This document shows, piece after piece, positions 10,301 to 20,800 of a DNA stretch of 50,874 nucleotides (its first letter is position 1; the number at the start of each line of letters is the position of its first letter). The stretch spans positions 1-50,874 of the forward strand of contig JAXJQK010000068.1 in NCBI GenBank assembly GCA_036311185.1. The letters run 5' to 3'. This DNA comes from Acutalibacteraceae bacterium. GTDB taxonomy: Bacteria; Bacillota; Clostridia; Oscillospirales; Acutalibacteraceae. The position numbers and the translations under genes are program-made. A model generated the notes under the pieces. The model was not told the DNA's origin. It made no database searches and worked only from the letters and a program-made list of their open reading frames with translations.

Positions 10301-13300
10301 GTTCCTTCTCCTGGTACATAACCATCTCCGTTATTACCAAATGTATGACAACGTCCATCAGAAGATAAAAAGTTACCCCAATTTAATGTAATATATTTTG
10401 ATGGATGTAACATTAAATTCACACCACCTGCAATCGCCATATCAGCATCACCTGTTAAAAGACTATTACAAGCTAAATGAATTGCATATAAAGAAGAAGA
10501 ACATGCAGTATCTACTGATAAACTTGGACCACCAAAATTGAATAAATATGAAATACGATTTGCTATTGAATATATCTGAGAATTCAATGAAGTAGTCTTT
10601 CCTCGTGCAATATCCTCTGCGCCATAAAGTCCATATTCATTAAAAGTCACACCTGCGTATACAGCTACATTTCCTCTTGAATCAAATTCATTATGAGATT
10701 CCATACTTTTAGGTGTATAACCAGCATCTTCTAAACAACTCCAAACAGCCTCAAGAAAAATTCTTTCCTGTGGATCCATAAAAGAAGCCACAACCGGAGC
10801 TATACCAAAAAACTGGGGATCAAATTTATCTATATCGTTTAAAAATCCTCCCCATTTACACTGAATATCAGGAAAATCTTCATAATTCCATCTATCTTTC
10901 GGAATACTTTCAATGCAATCTTTTCCTTGTCGTAAATTTTCAAAGTATTCTTCAAGACCTTCTGATTTAGGAAATCTTCCGCTGATACCTATAATAGCAA
11001 TGTCATTAGAATTTCTGTTTTCAAAAGAAATCTCTGGCTTTACATATGTATCAGTTTCTACCTTAACCTCTTCTACTATTTCATCTTGAATATTTTCCAT
11101 CGACAAAATTTCAAACAATTTGTCTTTATGTTCATTTATAAAATACTTGGCAAGCAATCTAATATTTTTATAAGTGAAAAACAGCGTAGATGGTAATTCT
11201 CCAAATTGTTTTGTCAAATATTGGTTTAGATTATTAATGTAAATTGAATCTATTCCATATTCGTCATAAGTTTGCTCTTCATCTAGGTATTCATACTGAA
11301 TTTTCAAAACATCTGAAAATACTAGTTTCAAATAGTTAATAGTTTCTTTTTCCAAATTCTCGGATAAAACACCTTTTGTAACACTATGATTTGATATATT
11401 CTTATTGCTATCTATTCTTTCTTGACGTTCAATTATATTACTAGCTTTATCTATTGTAGGTTTATTTTCAGCTAAATATGGAAACAAACATCCTGTTCCA
11501 TCATCTTTGATAATCCAACAACGCTCTTTGGCAAATGGATATGTTGGAAGCGATATTTTTTGAGGTTTATCCTCTTCATATAAATTCTCCCAAGAAATAT
11601 CTGCACCTATTACCCATACCTCTGCAGCTTCATTATATCTTCCTTGTTTAAGCTCATTCATTATATTATCTATGAACATCTTATTAGATAATATGCTATC
11701 AAATTTACCATCTGAGAATTTAATATTTCCTGTTTTATAATTATCGGTTTTTTCTCCAGTTTCATATGCCTTCAAGCTGGAGATTAATGTATTTACATCA
11801 GCAGCCACAATTGCCAGTCGTTGCTCCATTGCCTCTCTACCTACTTGTAAGGTATATGCAATGCGTTCAAGAGAAAGTTCACCTATAGAATTAGTTTTTA
11901 CTCTTGAATTATCTAAACATAAATCTGTATTTACATTTGCAATTTGGTTTACAATATCACTTATTGTTTTACAAGAAATTAAAATTTCAGACTCTATTAT
12001 GCTATCCGGATATTTTTCTAACAGAATTTCTTTTATCTGTTCTACTGCATATTTATCAATACCAATTTCACATAACAAATCATCTTGATCTAACGACTCA
12101 GACGAAACTCGCAAAACACTTGCAACAGCATCCAATACATTTTTTAAAATGATTCCTGAATCCTTTGATTGTGTTTTTTCTTCTAATATACTCATCTCTA
12201 AAAAATTACGTAATTTTTTAGAATATTCTTTTAATCTATTTTCATTCTTTGCAGATAATAAAAATAGATAATCTTTTGATTTTGGGGTATCTTTTAAATC
12301 TGCATTTTCGTATTCCTCAACTATAATATGAGCATTAGAACCTCCCGCACCAAATGCACTAATCGCAGCTCTTCTTGGAACCTCTTTTCCATCTATCACG
12401 ATTCTATTCCAATCTTCTGTCTTATGCTGTATATAAAATGGTGTATCTTCAAAATCAATAAATGGATTCGGTTTTGAAGAATGTAATGATGGAACCAACT
12501 TTTTATACTGCATTTCCAATAACACTTTTGTAATAGATGCCATACCAGAAGCTGCTTCTAAATGTCCAATATTTGACTTAACTGAACCAATCGAACAATT
12601 TTGTCTTGGCACATTATATTTTGCATACGCCTGTGACAATGCTTCAATTTCAATAGGATCTCCAAGTGAAGTTCCTGTTCCGTGTGCTTCTACCGTACTA
12701 ATACTCTCAGGATTAATTCCTGATTTATCCAACGTTTCAAGAATTAAATCTCTTTGTGCATTTAAGTTTGGTACTGTATATCCACTGGTCTTTCCACCTG
12801 CATTTAAGGAAATTCCACGGATAACTCCATAAATATGATCTCCATCTTTCTTTGCTTGTTCTAATGACTTAATGACAATAACTCCAGAACCTTCACCTGG
12901 AACATAACCATCTCCGCCTTCACCAAAGCTTCTGCATCTACCATCAGACGATAGAAAGTTTCCTTGACTTAATTGGATATATTTACTTGGATGAATTGTA
13001 AGATTAACTCCTCCAACCACAGCTACTGTTGATGTATTGTTTTTTATACTTTCACAAGCCAAATTTAAAGCTGTTAATGCAGAAGAACACATTGTATCTA
13101 ATGCAATACTTGGACCCTTAAAATCGAACAAGTATGATATTCTATTTGCTACTGATGCCAAAGAGGAACGACCATTCATTTTTCCTCCATACTGTTCAGT
13201 TTCATATAACTGGTACAAAGAATACATCAGTCCCACAAAAACTCCGACTTTATCATTTTTCAAAGTTTTGATAGTATAACCAGCATCCTCAACTGCTTCC

Positions 13301-14844
13301 CATACCGTTTCTAATAATATTCTTTCATGTGGATCTAAAAATTCAGCCTCAATAGGTGGAATTTTAAAAAACATAGGATCAAACATTTCAACATCATTAA
13401 TAAATCCGCCCCATTTTGCATATGTTTTACCAACGGTACCTCTATTTTCATCAAAATATTTACTATGATCCCAACGATGTTTAGGGATTTCCTCTATACA
13501 GTCTTTTTCATTTATTAAATTATTCCAAAATTCGTAAATATCATCTGCCATAGGATATCTACCACTAATTCCTATAATAGCGATTTCCTCTATATCAGAT
13601 GTATCAAATAAATCATCATTTGATACTTGTTCTACTTTTATATCCTCAAACCAATTCTTTAAAGGATACTCTATAGTTTTTTCACTTGAAATAATCTTAT
13701 CTTTGTTTGAACTGTCGTCTTTAACTTCCTTATTATCGTTAATTCCAAACAATTTTATAAATTCGTCCTTTTTTATTTCAGACAAAAAATCTGTAAGCTC
13801 TTCAACATTTTCATATTCATAAAAAAGTGTTTTAGAGATTCTTCCTATTTGCTTTTCTATTGAACTCGAAATCGCCATAATTGTGATAGAATCAATTCCG
13901 TAGTGTTCAAATTGTTCTGTATCTTTAATTTTTCCAATTGGAACCTTAGTATGCTGTGAAATAATCTCTTTTATAAATTTTTTCACTTTTTCTACCAATT
14001 CATCCTTAGAAGCTTCAACAGTTTGAGTTGCCTGATTTTTTTCAACATCAACATGAGCATTTATGTTTAACATTCTATCAATCCCATCTTCATCACCCTT
14101 GATTACGATGAATTGAGAAAATGGCTGCATTAACGCATCTTCAAATGCTTTTATACCTTCTTCTTCTTTCAACATTTGCATTTGCATTTCGCCATTTTCC
14201 ATTGCTGCTCTAGTTTCTCCATTAACCTTCATTCCAACATCCCATAACGGCCAATTTATTGAAACTGTTTTTCCGCTTCTTAACCCTTGTTTTCTTAATT
14301 GCTCTCTATATTCCGCATAAGAATCCATATAACGATTAGCATAACTATAATCACTTTGACCTATATTACCGAATACAGAAGATATTGATGAGAACATAAC
14401 AAAGAAATCCAATACTTCATCTGAAAAAGCCTCATCTAAATAACGACATCCATCTACTTTTACTGATAATACATTTTCAAAATTTTTTATATCTTTTTGT
14501 ATAAAAAATGAATCTTTAATAATACCAGCCGAGTGAATTATGCCATGTATTTGTCCGCAAGTACTTTTTATTTTCTGATAAAGAATATGTACATCATCTT
14601 CTTGAGCTATATCAGAGGGAAAATATAACACGTTTTCATTAATTTCTTTTAATTTTTGGAAACGTTCTTTCATTTCCCCGTTCAATTCTTTTCTACCAGT
14701 TAAAATGAGAACTCCGCTAGTTGATTTTGCAATATATTGCGCAAAAATATATCCTAAAGCTCCCATTCCTCCTGTAATTAGATAATTTCCATTTTCTCTA
14801 AATATATTACCCTTGGATTCGCCCAACTTAATATGATTTTTCAT
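7333..14844 (-). CDS. Trans-AT PKS protein 3: KRc-ACP-KS5(+ACP-like insert)-ACP-KS6-ACP-KR0-acidic docking tail
   Basis: KR TGGMGALG...DYSYAN; ACPs GIDS, GIDS, GLES; KS DTMCSS and DTACSS with both His; C-terminal KR has FSA..DFCFAN. Likely start is ATG 14844 after AAAGGAG (ORF track gives TTG 14856). Confidence 0.93.
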   Translation of the reverse strand: MKNHIKLGESKGNIFRENGNYLITGGMGALGYIFAQYIAKSTSGVLILTGRKELNGEMKERFQKLKEINENVLYFPSDIAQEDDVHILYQKIKSTCGQIHGIIHSAGIIKDSFFIQKDIKNFENVLSVKVDGCRYLDEAFSDEVLDFFVMFSSISSVFGNIGQSDYSYANRYMDSYAEYREQLRKQGLRSGKTVSINWPLWDVGMKVNGETRAAMENGEMQMQMLKEEEGIKAFEDALMQPFSQFIVIKGDEDGIDRMLNINAHVDVEKNQATQTVEASKDELVEKVKKFIKEIISQHTKVPIGKIKDTEQFEHYGIDSITIMAISSSIEKQIGRISKTLFYEYENVEELTDFLSEIKKDEFIKLFGINDNKEVKDDSSNKDKIISSEKTIEYPLKNWFEDIKVEQVSNDDLFDTSDIEEIAIIGISGRYPMADDIYEFWNNLINEKDCIEEIPKHRWDHSKYFDENRGTVGKTYAKWGGFINDVEMFDPMFFKIPPIEAEFLDPHERILLETVWEAVEDAGYTIKTLKNDKVGVFVGLMYSLYQLYETEQYGGKMNGRSSLASVANRISYLFDFKGPSIALDTMCSSALTALNLACESIKNNTSTVAVVGGVNLTIHPSKYIQLSQGNFLSSDGRCRSFGEGGDGYVPGEGSGVIVIKSLEQAKKDGDHIYGVIRGISLNAGGKTSGYTVPNLNAQRDLILETLDKSGINPESISTVEAHGTGTSLGDPIEIEALSQAYAKYNVPRQNCSIGSVKSNIGHLEAASGMASITKVLLEMQYKKLVPSLHSSKPNPFIDFEDTPFYIQHKTEDWNRIVIDGKEVPRRAAISAFGAGGSNAHIIVEEYENADLKDTPKSKDYLFLLSAKNENRLKEYSKKLRNFLEMSILEEKTQSKDSGIILKNVLDAVASVLRVSSESLDQDDLLCEIGIDKYAVEQIKEILLEKYPDSIIESEILISCKTISDIVNQIANVNTDLCLDNSRVKTNSIGELSLERIAYTLQVGREAMEQRLAIVAADVNTLISSLKAYETGEKTDNYKTGNIKFSDGKFDSILSNKMFIDNIMNELKQGRYNEAAEVWVIGADISWENLYEEDKPQKISLPTYPFAKERCWIIKDDGTGCLFPYLAENKPTIDKASNIIERQERIDSNKNISNHSVTKGVLSENLEKETINYLKLVFSDVLKIQYEYLDEEQTYDEYGIDSIYINNLNQYLTKQFGELPSTLFFTYKNIRLLAKYFINEHKDKLFEILSMENIQDEIVEEVKVETDTYVKPEISFENRNSNDIAIIGISGRFPKSEGLEEYFENLRQGKDCIESIPKDRWNYEDFPDIQCKWGGFLNDIDKFDPQFFGIAPVVASFMDPQERIFLEAVWSCLEDAGYTPKSMESHNEFDSRGNVAVYAGVTFNEYGLYGAEDIARGKTTSLNSQIYSIANRISYLFNFGGPSLSVDTACSSSLYAIHLACNSLLTGDADMAIAGGVNLMLHPSKYITLNWGNFLSSDGRCHTFGNNGDGYVPGEGTGAVLLKPLWKAQQDNDHIYAVIKGSAVNHGGKTHGYSVPNPVAQSDVIDKALKKSGINPRTISYIEAHGTGTALGDPIEVQALTDVYKKYTKDLQYCPIGSVKSNIGHLEAAAGVSQLLKVILQMKNEELVPSRLNSDRINPNLNFNNTPFYVQLQNEKWKRPCIDGIEYPRRAGISAFGVGGVNVHVIVEEYIEENQSENIGHLLSKVIIPFSAKTEQALNRYLVKFLKFIREKKDLCDLRDVAYTLSEGRIESMYRVAFVVSSFEELESKIEKALAGLSDDGIYTGRVGLQEQQNNKKKLISDEVVIQDINKVAGNWVKGMIMNNLYLDKDYQPKKISLPTYSFEREAYWMYSKVSMQKNDKEIIPSVEEVDKKIEGKSSILSKLKETYENERLELTITHIQSLFAEVLCFPEGKLPNVEEGFFSLGLESVMTRKAMVLLEDEFLVSLDEQIFFNYSNITDLSKYILTNVDLDAEINKEEVEAETIYAQEVWSDIENISFTESFGRGDITIISASEKIKMNIHSRFCDEILEKVTFAETSEDFANKVNNGFIPNKIVFLEGLITQEHDKPLDVFVQEKLENIMQALKPVLTQGDKQIFVYYFYLNKNDAHSAVLGAVNGLLKSLMLEYPNILTKTIDISQESENEKELVEIVANEIKVGCIDSDIRYAQGTRQTRKLVKVVPKEDSTVQFRENGVYLITGGLGSVGKELSKHLCKKYNANLILCGRSTNNTELNAQIQEIEMLGGKVEYVQTDVSNSENVKELVKYIKKSYNNINGVVHLAGNINNDVLFVAKTIEDMDKVITPKVLGTYYLDQELADEELDFFMMFSAVSSVFGNASQSDFCFANRYLDCFADLREVKVSNGIRKGKSIAINWSFWKAEGSMMDEVQERLMEKQFGMLRMEKENGITAIEDSLKIESKQLILLNGNKQKLCETLGVIEEDNKQTITEQVELETTQNDEDALDELLNDEVDLEDELLKLLMQEIDE

Positions 14845-14879
14845 TTCTTCACTCAACTCCTTTCCAAAGATAATTTAAA

Positions 14880-17800
14880 CTATAAATCTTCAATTCTTCT
14901 TACCGATTTCTTCATACGAGTATCTTCTTTTAGTAAAACCTCTACATCTTCCATACAAGAAAACTCATTTATAATGTTTACTGATTCCTTGCTAAATGCA
15001 TCCAAACCTGATACTTTTTGAACACCTACAATTTTATAAACTATTGTAGGATTCTCCATTTGAACTGCTTTTACAAAACCCGTTACACCTGCATATTCTG
15101 GTACAACTTCGTCTTCAGAAAATCCATATACAAATAGAATTTCTATACGCTCTCTTGGTTTACAAGACATTAAAGCCTTACTTAAATTTACTAACGAATA
15201 TAATCCTTTTTTCATTCGTTCTGTATGATCTGCTCCATCTGCAAATAAAATAATTTTTTGTGGGAATTTTTCTTGTTTTTCTAAAGCAAGTAATAAGTTT
15301 TCAAAATCCTCATTCATATCACATCGAATAGAATAATGATTAGAATCAATTTCTTTCATTGCTTCTCCATATGCAACTTCCACTACGTTTTGAGAATTCA
15401 TAAACATTTGAACTTCTTCACTAAATTTAGGAACCTTACCTAATATACAAATATTTTTTCCCTGTAAGGTATTATTTGAGAATTCATTTAAATTTTTTTC
15501 TTCCCATTCTTCTGTATAATAATTTTTCTTTTGAATATAATTATCTTTTGATATAACTATATTCTGTTCTTCTGTACCTGTAGATACTGCCCTCAAAACA
15601 AAATTATCTAATAAACAAATTGGCTCATAATTATCATCTGTAACTAAAATTGAAAACTTCTGCATTTTTTTAGTCTTTTGTACTTTTTGAATATACACAC
15701 GACAATGTTTTGTAAAGGCTTTATATAAATATAATTTTTCTAAAGCAAACGGTAACATCAATCCAGAACTATTTTCTTGGTCAATCATAAGACCTATAAC
15801 TGATTGGAAAACTCCATTTAGCAATGCTGGTGATATTATTGCATCATCAGTCATATTTTGTGCTTCAGACAAGATCGCATATCCTGAATTCTCTCCTGCA
15901 TAAATAGAATCAATAACTATAAATGTAGAACCACTAGGCAAGCCAACAGAAGAAAAATAATCATAACATTCATTTCTCTTAATTTCAGTAACACAGACCT
16001 TCTCAATTTCTTTCAATTCTTTTCTTGAAACACGTGGTATTTCGGATATACCATATCCAATTTTTCCAGTAAATACAACATCTTTTCCGTTATACACTTC
16101 AAACGAATTATCCTTATCATCATCTAACTTCACCTGTAAATCTACAGAAGATTTCTCATCAACCTCAATTTGACGCATCCACATAATATTTTCAATTACG
16201 CTAATTGACTGTTTTTTCTCTTGTGAAGCATATTTTCGTAACAATTCCAGTAATGCCGCACCTGGTATCACATGTTTTTCACCAACAATATGATCCCTAA
16301 CATATGACTCTTTTCCTGTAACAGTTATACTTTTTTCCTTATTTATATGTGAAAACACTCCATTTTCAGTTCGTTGAATCCAGTATCTTTGATTATCAAA
16401 TACATACCCTGGTAAACTAATTCGTTTTCCTATTGGATTATATTGATTAACTAAAGCATCAATTTTTTCTTTAACTATCTCAATACCAACTAAATTATCA
16501 ACTAAATAATTCTGTAATTTTTCTTTTAATTCTTCTATGGAACTAACAACAAATGCAAGGGCAACATCAAAGTGTTCTCTTCCATTGACTAATGTATAAG
16601 AAATATCTGCTAACGAAATATTATGATACACCTCTAAATGCTTTTTAAGATTAGCCACCATTTGTTTTAATCCCCACTCTGTTTGCGAAGATAAAACTAT
16701 TACTGATTCTCTATTATCATTATCAATTTCTGAAACTTCTTCATATTCTTGAATAATAACATGAGCATTCGTGCCACCAGCTCCAAAAGATGAAACACCT
16801 GCAATTCTCGGACATTCTCTTGTTCCGTTTCCATCATCAATTATTATCTTGTCCCATTCTTCTAACTTTCTCTGCACACGGAAAGGAGTTTTTTCAAATA
16901 CAATATTAGGATTAAGTTCTTCTGAGTGAATAGATGGAACTAGTTGTTTATACTTCATTTGCAAAAGAACCTTAGATATTGCAACAACACCAGAAGCACT
17001 TTCGCAATGTCCCACATTAGATTTTACAGACCCAATTGCACAATAACCACAATCTTCTGTATCTTCCTTAAACGCCTTGCTTAATGCTCGTATCTCTATA
17101 GGATCACCTAATGCTGTTCCTGTTCCATGTGCTTCAATATAACTTACATTTCTAGCATTTACACCAGCCTTATCTAATGCAGTTCTAATAACCTCTGTTT
17201 GAGCATTTGGATTTGGAACAGTATATCCACTAGTTTTTCCACCATGGTTTACAGATGTTCCTTTTATAATACCATATATGTGATCACCATCTTGTATTGC
17301 TTTCTTTTTGCTTTTCAAAATAAGTGCTCCAACACCTTCACCAGGAACATAACCATCTCCGCCCTTACCAAAACTCATACACTTTCCGTTGGTAGATGCA
17401 AATTTTGACTGACTTATTGTTAAAAATTTATTTGGATGAATCATTACATTCACGCCACCAGCTATCGCCATTTCACAGTCTTTATTTTGAATCGACTGAC
17501 AAGCCAAATGAACAGCAACTAAAGAAGAAGAACACATTGTATCAATTGATAAACTAGGTCCATGAAAATCAAAGAAATATGATACTCTATTGGCAACAGA
17601 TGATGTATTTCCAGATACTACAACAGGATTTCCCTTTAGCTGTTCCTCTGCTGCATAAAGTTGATATTCCTCATTCATTACACCTACAAATACACCTACG
17701 TTACGTCTTACTTTTCCACCTGGTTGATATCCAAAGCTCTCCTTTGTATATCCTGCATCTTCCACAGCATGATATGCAGTCTCAAGGAAAATCTTTTCTT

Positions 17801-20800
17801 GAGGATCCATTATCTCTGCATAAGAAGGAGAAATATTAAAGAATAATGGATCAAACTCGTCTATTTTTCTTAAAAATCCTCCCCACTTTGAATAACTAGT
17901 TCCAGAATTATCTTTATCAGGGTTATAATATAAATTATAGTCCCATCTTTCCTTTGGTATCTCAGTAATACAGTCTTTTCCTGCTTTTAAATTTTCCCAT
18001 AAAGCATTCAAATCTTCTGATTGTGCATAAGAACCTGCCATACCAATAATAGCAATCTCATCTTGTTCTTCTACAACTTCTACATTACCACTTTCCTCTG
18101 TTTTAATAAATCTAGAATATGTAGTTTGAGCTTCATTTTTATTTTTTTCTTCTGTTATATTTTTTTCTGTTTTATAAATATTCTTATCTATCAAGGTATT
18201 ATTCTTTTTGTAAATCAGTTCATCCACTTTTTTACTATATTCCTGAAGCAAACATTCAGCAAGAGACTTAATATTCTGACATTCAAAAAGAATCGTTTTT
18301 GGTAAAGCACCAAAATCCTTTTCCATATATTCCGTAATACTGGTTGCAAAAATAGAATCTATTCCATAATATTCAAAAAGAGTATCTTCTTGAATATTAT
18401 CCTTTTTTAGTAGAAGTTTTTCAGAGAAAACCTGAATCAAATACTCTTTTAGTGCTGTTTCCCTATCAACAATTGAATTTACAGGTCTAATTTCTTCTGT
18501 ATTATTTTCTTCTTTTTCTTTCTCAAATTCTTCCTTGAATTTAAACATCGCCTTGATTTGTTCAATTTCTCCTGTCAATGGTACAACACGCTCAAGATTC
18601 ATTGAATATGCATTATAGAATGCTTCTATACCAACTTCATCATCTATAGGCAATAATCCACTTCTCTTTTTCATTGCTTCAATATAATTTGAATCTAGCT
18701 CTATACCACCATTTTTCCAAAACGGCCAATTAAAGGATATCGTTTTACCATATCTTTCTCCTCTTTTTACTAATTGATTACGGTATACAGCAAACTGATC
18801 TAAAAATGAATTTGCAAGAGCATAATCTGCTTGACCAATATTTCCTGTTACTGCAGTAAGCGAAGAAAACAGTGCAAAGAAATCAAGTTTTAAATCTTTA
18901 CAAGCTTCATCCAAATACCATGTTCCATCAAGCTTTGGTGATAATACTTCATTCCACTCTTCTAAAGATTTCCTAATAATAAAATTATCCTTTGTAATTC
19001 CTGCACAATGAATAATTCCGTTCAATCCACCAAAATCTTCCACAATAGATTTTATCATATTGTTAACTGAATCTTTTCTCGAAACATCTGCTTGATAATA
19101 TTGACATTCAGCTCCCAAATTTTTCAATTCTTTTATAAAATCTTTTTTCTTCTCGTCAAGAACACTTCTAGAAATCAATGCAATCTTAGCATTAGGTGTT
19201 TTTTGGGCTATTTCTTTAGCAAAAATCTTTCCTATACCACCAAAACCACCTGTAATACAGTATATTCCTCCATCCTTCCATGTTGTAGTATGAGAATTAC
19301 TTATATTAACATCTTTATATATGATAGTCTTTAAATTTCCACCTAAATATAATATTGGAAAATGTGAATATTTTTCTGTTTCTTTTAAATCGTCTACGGT
19401 GTTTAACTTATTTTCTTCCAAAACTAAACATTGTCCAGTAAACATTGGATTTTCTTGATAAATTGATTTAAATATTCCTGATATACTTTCCAATAACACA
19501 CTGCACTGATTGCTAACAACAACTTGAATAAGGGTCTTTTGATTTTTACAATCAGTCATACGTTTCTTAATATATTTAAATGCCTCTGTAAAATAATGCT
19601 TATACTCATCTATTGAAAGAACATTTTTCTTATCATAAAAAACATTACATTCATCCCAATAACCGCAATTTTTTATCGCATTACATAAGTTTTCTTCAAC
19701 ACCAATTGTATGAATAACACGATAAGAATAGTTTTCTTCTTTTTTATTTTTCTCTGTTAAAACTTGTTCAACAGGTTCAAACATTATATATGATTTTTTT
19801 TCTGGTTCAATTCCGATTTTTTTGTACCATACCTGTTTAAAAACTACACATACATTGCCGTTATCATCACATAGTGTTATATTAACTCTATCTTCGGTTT
19901 CCTTATCCTCCGAAATGATTGCCCACATATCTGGACTACATCCATCTGATACAATAAGCTTTTTAATCATAAATGGTATCTTTGCGTTAGTTTCAATTAA
20001 TTTTTCGGCTTCTAGATCAAAAACAGTTATTTCTTCTCCTAAAGCAATAGCAGCCTGTAACGCACCATCCATAATTGATGGATATAGATAATATTTCTTC
20101 ATATCCTCTACCAAAAAATCTGGTAGATGCAATTTCGCCAACACAAAATTATCTACTTTCTTGATTGAATGTACGGAATGATGGCTTTCTCCATATTTCA
20201 AACCAATTCTTTCAAAACATTCGTAAATTTTAGTTTTTTCGGCAATTTTCTCACCATTAGCCCACAAATCCTGCAAAGAAAGTTTTTCTGTATGTTCATT
20301 AGATAATAATGCTATTGTTCCTGTACAATACATCTCTTTTTGCTGCATCTCATTATCATTTGATATACTATACACGAAAAATTCAGCCTTTTCATTATCA
20401 CGTGGATGAAATGATACATATACCTCTTTTTCTTCTTTATCAAAAATAGTACAAGGCTTTATCCAAAGCACATCAGAAAATTCTACTCTTTTATTTACCT
20501 TATTAATCGCATCTAAAAATGATTTCTGCACCATTTCAAAATATGCAACTGCCGGTAGAGTACAAATACCATTTACCTTATGGTCTTTTAGAATTCGATC
20601 TTCTGTACGAAAAACAGTTTTATATTTTTGTTCTGTAAAGTCAGATACATTTTTCTCAATCAATGGATGTATACGATCAATTATAACACTGGATACGTTT
20701 TCATTTAATCCTGTTTTATCACGATCTGGTCTCCAATATCTGTCCTTTTTAAATGGATACAGTGGCAAACTTATTCTTCTATAATTTTCAGTCGAGAAGA

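Noticed and set aside
14857..14882. Stop read-through fusing PKS genes 2 and 3
   Set aside because: The frames differ and a strong SD precedes gene 3
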